From positions 1-64,000 of the forward strand of contig CAXBME010000006.1 in the NCBI GenBank assembly GCA_963976765.1: a stretch of 64,000 nt of DNA, given 5' to 3'. The first letter of the stretch is position 1, and each line of letters starts with the position of its first letter. Made by a program: the position numbers and the translations under genes. The notes beneath the pieces are model-generated. The model saw nothing but the letters and a program-made list of their open reading frames with translations. It was not told where the DNA came from and did no database searches. The stretch is from an uncultured Planctomycetaceae bacterium. GTDB lineage: Bacteria; Planctomycetota; Planctomycetia; Planctomycetales; Planctomycetaceae. Positions 60,924-64,000 of this stretch are shown here, piece after piece.

Positions 60924-62477
60924 ATGCAAACGTCGAACTCGCCGGAAGAACGGTTGAGCGATGACGGGCTTGCAGGTTCGGGAACAGTTCGGAATCTGCT
61001 GTCGCTGGCTGCCTGTGTTACCTCGCTGTTGATGGTCACAGCAATGTTGTGGGGATTTGATGGCGATCGAAAACTGCCGCCAGAACCAACCAGCAAAGAG
61101 GTCATTGCCGAACTGCATCGACTGGGCGGGCGCGTCTGGGCTGATAAAGGCGGGCGAGTCATCCGCGTGGAACTCGCTCGCCTTCCGATTGGGGACGATG
61201 ACCTGGCGATCCTGTCGAAACTGCCGCACCTGCAGTGGCTCAATCTGCGCGGCATCAACACGTTCAAGGGGACGATGACGAACGACGGCCTGCGCCACAT
61301 CAGCGAGCTGACTCAACTGCGATTGTTGAACCTGAGTGCCAATCATCGGCTGAACAGTCCATCGCTGTTTTACATCCGCAACCTGAAACAGCTGGAATGG
61401 CTTGATCTCACCGGGACCAGAGTCGGCAATGAAGGGCTCATTCACCTCCGTGGTCTGTCTCGCTTGAAGCGGCTGCGCCTGCCGTCTCAAACCTGGCGGC
61501 GTGGCAACGAGGGTGAGAAAATCTGGGTCCCGGGCGGAGTCAACATGAATGGACTGGTCCATCTGGCCGGCAGCTCGATCGAGTACCTTGAGGGCTCATT
61601 CGGTGGTGACAAATTGTGGGAGCGACTCGGAGCCATCCCGAACCTTCGTCTCTACCAGGGCACCTGGGATTCACCCACCGACCGAGACCTGATTCATCTG
61701 CAACAGTGGAAACGGATGAAAGCGTTGCAGGTCAATCTCAGGGATGGCTGGAAAGACTCGTCACGACTGCACCTGTTGAAGAGACTTTCGAACCTGCGGA
61801 CGCTGGATCTCTCGTCGGCGAAGATTGGAAACCAACCGGCCGACTGGTCCGGCCTGGCAGGACTCAGCGAACTTCGGCAGCTTGATGGATTACGGCTGAG
61901 CGGTGTCCGCGACGACGCCCTGGCCGCGCTGCCGCACATGGAATCGCTTCGCCGTCTCGATCTGACGTGTTCGACGATCACTGGCAGCGGGCTCGCCGAA
62001 CTGGCGAGGTTTCCGAATCTCAGAGAACTCGCGCTGGATCGGTTTACTCTCACGGACGAAGGCCTCGCACAATTGCGTCACCTGCCGCGGTTACAGGTGC
62101 TGCATCTGGACTCGACGCCGTTTCGAGGCGAAGGCTTTTCGTGGTTGTATCCGGAGTCCGACGGACGGACGGCTGCGGACGTGACGTTTACGAACGCCGG
62201 CCTGCGTCACCTGAAACATCTTCCTGATTTGCGAGTTCTGTTGCTTAACGAGGTCGCCGTCACCGACGCCGGCCTGGTCCACTTACGTGGACTGTTGAAC
62301 CTGAAACAACTCAGTTTTGAAGGATCGACGGTGACCCTTGAAGCCGCCGCCGAACTCCACAAGCAGATTCCGACCTGCCACATCAGCGACAACTGGTGCT
62401 GCGGCTGCTTCGCGTTTTCTCCGATCAAACCGATCGATCCGTCAAAGAGTGACAGGCACCGACAGCAGCCTCAATAG
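60924..62477 (+). CDS. Leucine-rich repeat protein, membrane-anchored
   Basis: Repeated LxxLxxLxLxxxxVTDxGLxHL units; N-terminal TM; start uncertain (60879/60909/60924). Confidence 0.88.
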   Translation: MQTSNSPEERLSDDGLAGSGTVRNLLSLAACVTSLLMVTAMLWGFDGDRKLPPEPTSKEVIAELHRLGGRVWADKGGRVIRVELARLPIGDDDLAILSKLPHLQWLNLRGINTFKGTMTNDGLRHISELTQLRLLNLSANHRLNSPSLFYIRNLKQLEWLDLTGTRVGNEGLIHLRGLSRLKRLRLPSQTWRRGNEGEKIWVPGGVNMNGLVHLAGSSIEYLEGSFGGDKLWERLGAIPNLRLYQGTWDSPTDRDLIHLQQWKRMKALQVNLRDGWKDSSRLHLLKRLSNLRTLDLSSAKIGNQPADWSGLAGLSELRQLDGLRLSGVRDDALAALPHMESLRRLDLTCSTITGSGLAELARFPNLRELALDRFTLTDEGLAQLRHLPRLQVLHLDSTPFRGEGFSWLYPESDGRTAADVTFTNAGLRHLKHLPDLRVLLLNEVAVTDAGLVHLRGLLNLKQLSFEGSTVTLEAAAELHKQIPTCHISDNWCCGCFAFSPIKPIDPSKSDRHRQQPQ

Positions 62478-62768
62478 AATCGCACACACTCCCGCTGGTA
62501 GATAACTCCCAGCTCGCTTGCCTCACGACGCAGAGTCGGCACGGCGTCAGGCAACCGCCAACTGCCGGGTGGGACGTCCAGCACACCCGACGGTTGAACG
62601 GTTTTCTGCATGAATAGTCCTGGTCACTTTTGAGAATGGTCTGAAATAGCGACTGGTTCCTGTTGTCGCCTTCCTGAATTGATCTCTCTTGAAGATGATG
62701 ATCTCAGAAGAAAAACCAACAACCCAACTCAGCCTGAAGACCAGCTCTGAAAGTGCTCTAAACCAGCC

Positions 62769-64000
62769 TTAACGAGGAGGCCGTTGCATCTGCTGCTGAA
62801 AGTAGGTGACGATCTGGAAGAACCCCTGCAGAGTCTTCGCTTCAATCTTTGTTCGAAGCTGGACGCCCTGAGGAACCGTTCCCGCTGAGAATCCAATATA
62901 GCTTCGTGGGACGGACAATCCTTCAAGTTGCTCAGCCTTAATCGGAACCGGAATCGGCAGCGCTTCAGTGGCCAGCACCGCTCGTGCAAGAACAATCAGG
63001 ACATTCGGCAGGTCAACCTGTCCGACAATGTTGGCGTCTTGAAGCAGCCCTTCGCGACTCTTCAGATTGTCGGATGGCTTTGTGCCTGGCGTTGCATCGT
63101 AAGCGGCCAGTGCTTCCTTCATCGTGTCCTGCGACCCGCCGATGGTCTGGATCATGACGTCGTCGCTCTTGACGACCAATCGCTGAACCATTCCATCCTT
63201 ACCGTGCAGCATCTCCTGAAACATGTTCTGGAACACTGCTCCAGGATTTGCGTCTTCATCAAAGGTCTGTTTGATCGTAATGACGTCAGCACTCAGATCG
63301 CCGTACGATTCAGCATCCTTCCTGAGAGTGACTTCCTGCTTGACGCCGGGGAATTCCATTTTATAGGCGGCCCCCATCTCACGACTCAGATCCCGTAATT
63401 TGGAAGCGGGTTTGGCGTTGCTGATCGAGTAGCCCCGCAGCAGGCCGGCATCATCCTTACTATCTTTCAAGCTGAATCCCCAGCCGACTTCCCGCATCTC
63501 AATTTCTTTCATACCGGCGACAAGTGCATCGAATTTCTTCGTCGTTTCGTCATCGGTTTCCAGCATCTCTGTCATAAACGACATGCCCCATTCCACGAGG
63601 CCGCTGAAATCGCCGTGCAATGCAACATAACCATGCTCGTTCTGCGGCAACCTGGCCAGCACATCCAGCTTGCTGGTCTTTTGCGAGGCGAGGTACCCGT
63701 CAGTCTTCGTCCGCGCTTTCACAACCAGCAATTCGTCAATCGTGATCGCGGTGTTGCTGACAGAAACTCCGATCGAGAAAGCCTGTGAGTCACGCAAAGC
63801 CTGAATCGCGCCGTGTCCCATCTCGCCGTACATCTTCAGAACGGCACTCATGTTGATGCCCGGCGTCTGAGGGATCTGGGCAGTGAGTCCTTCCAGCAGG
63901 CCATCAAGTTGATCGTCGGCGCCTTCCAGTTCGGATTGATAGGTCTCGGTGATTCCCACAACGTTGACCCAGGCGGCCAGGTCCGAGTCGCCAAACAAGG
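62769..64000 (-). CDS. Hypothetical protein, 5' end outside the window
   Basis: At least 409 aa open frame running to the window edge. Confidence 0.75.
   Translation of the reverse strand, partial: LFGDSDLAAWVNVVGITETYQSELEGADDQLDGLLEGLTAQIPQTPGINMSAVLKMYGEMGHGAIQALRDSQAFSIGVSVSNTAITIDELLVVKARTKTDGYLASQKTSKLDVLARLPQNEHGYVALHGDFSGLVEWGMSFMTEMLETDDETTKKFDALVAGMKEIEMREVGWGFSLKDSKDDAGLLRGYSISNAKPASKLRDLSREMGAAYKMEFPGVKQEVTLRKDAESYGDLSADVITIKQTFDEDANPGAVFQNMFQEMLHGKDGMVQRLVVKSDDVMIQTIGGSQDTMKEALAAYDATPGTKPSDNLKSREGLLQDANIVGQVDLPNVLIVLARAVLATEALPIPVPIKAEQLEGLSVPRSYIGFSAGTVPQGVQLRTKIEAKTLQGFFQIVTYFQQQMQRPPR

Noticed and set aside
62540..62600. ggcaacc...gggtgggacg hairpin as a c-di-GMP-I riboswitch
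   Set aside because: Lacks the GNRA tetraloop and GCAAA/P2 elements and lies between convergent genes; more likely a terminator or repeat

Overview
A GC-rich bacterial chromosomal segment. DUF1501, PSCyt/PSD1 (DUF1549/DUF1553), DUF1552/DUF1592 and many Tat-exported or sulfatase-type genes point to Planctomycetota (inferred from gene families). The backbone carries panB, an initiator tRNA-Met, ubiE/menG, a UbiD-family gene, yggS, an rlmN-type gene, sucC/sucD, transporters and secreted hydrolases. Main highlights: (1) two adjacent ORFs are probably one thioredoxin-like selenoprotein (29063-30133, minus), split by an in-frame TGA that is followed by a SECIS-like hairpin. (2) A 2.9-kb integrase-less islet at tRNA-fMet is bounded by 75-bp direct repeats and carries an uncharacterised protein plus a frameshifted DUF3800 gene with a structured 3' RNA-like element. 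(3) At least seven intergenic palindromes have arms built from ~9-nt units; two near-identical copies bracket a mini-RHS/DUF5131 cassette. (4) REP-like doublets bracket inserted genes. (5) Two apparent pseudo-enzymes (UbiD-like, esterase-like) are translationally coupled to intact partners. No CRISPR array, rRNA, integrase or transposase was seen. All family calls come from motif recognition by eye, not database searches; start codons were adjusted by RBS and signal-peptide inspection.
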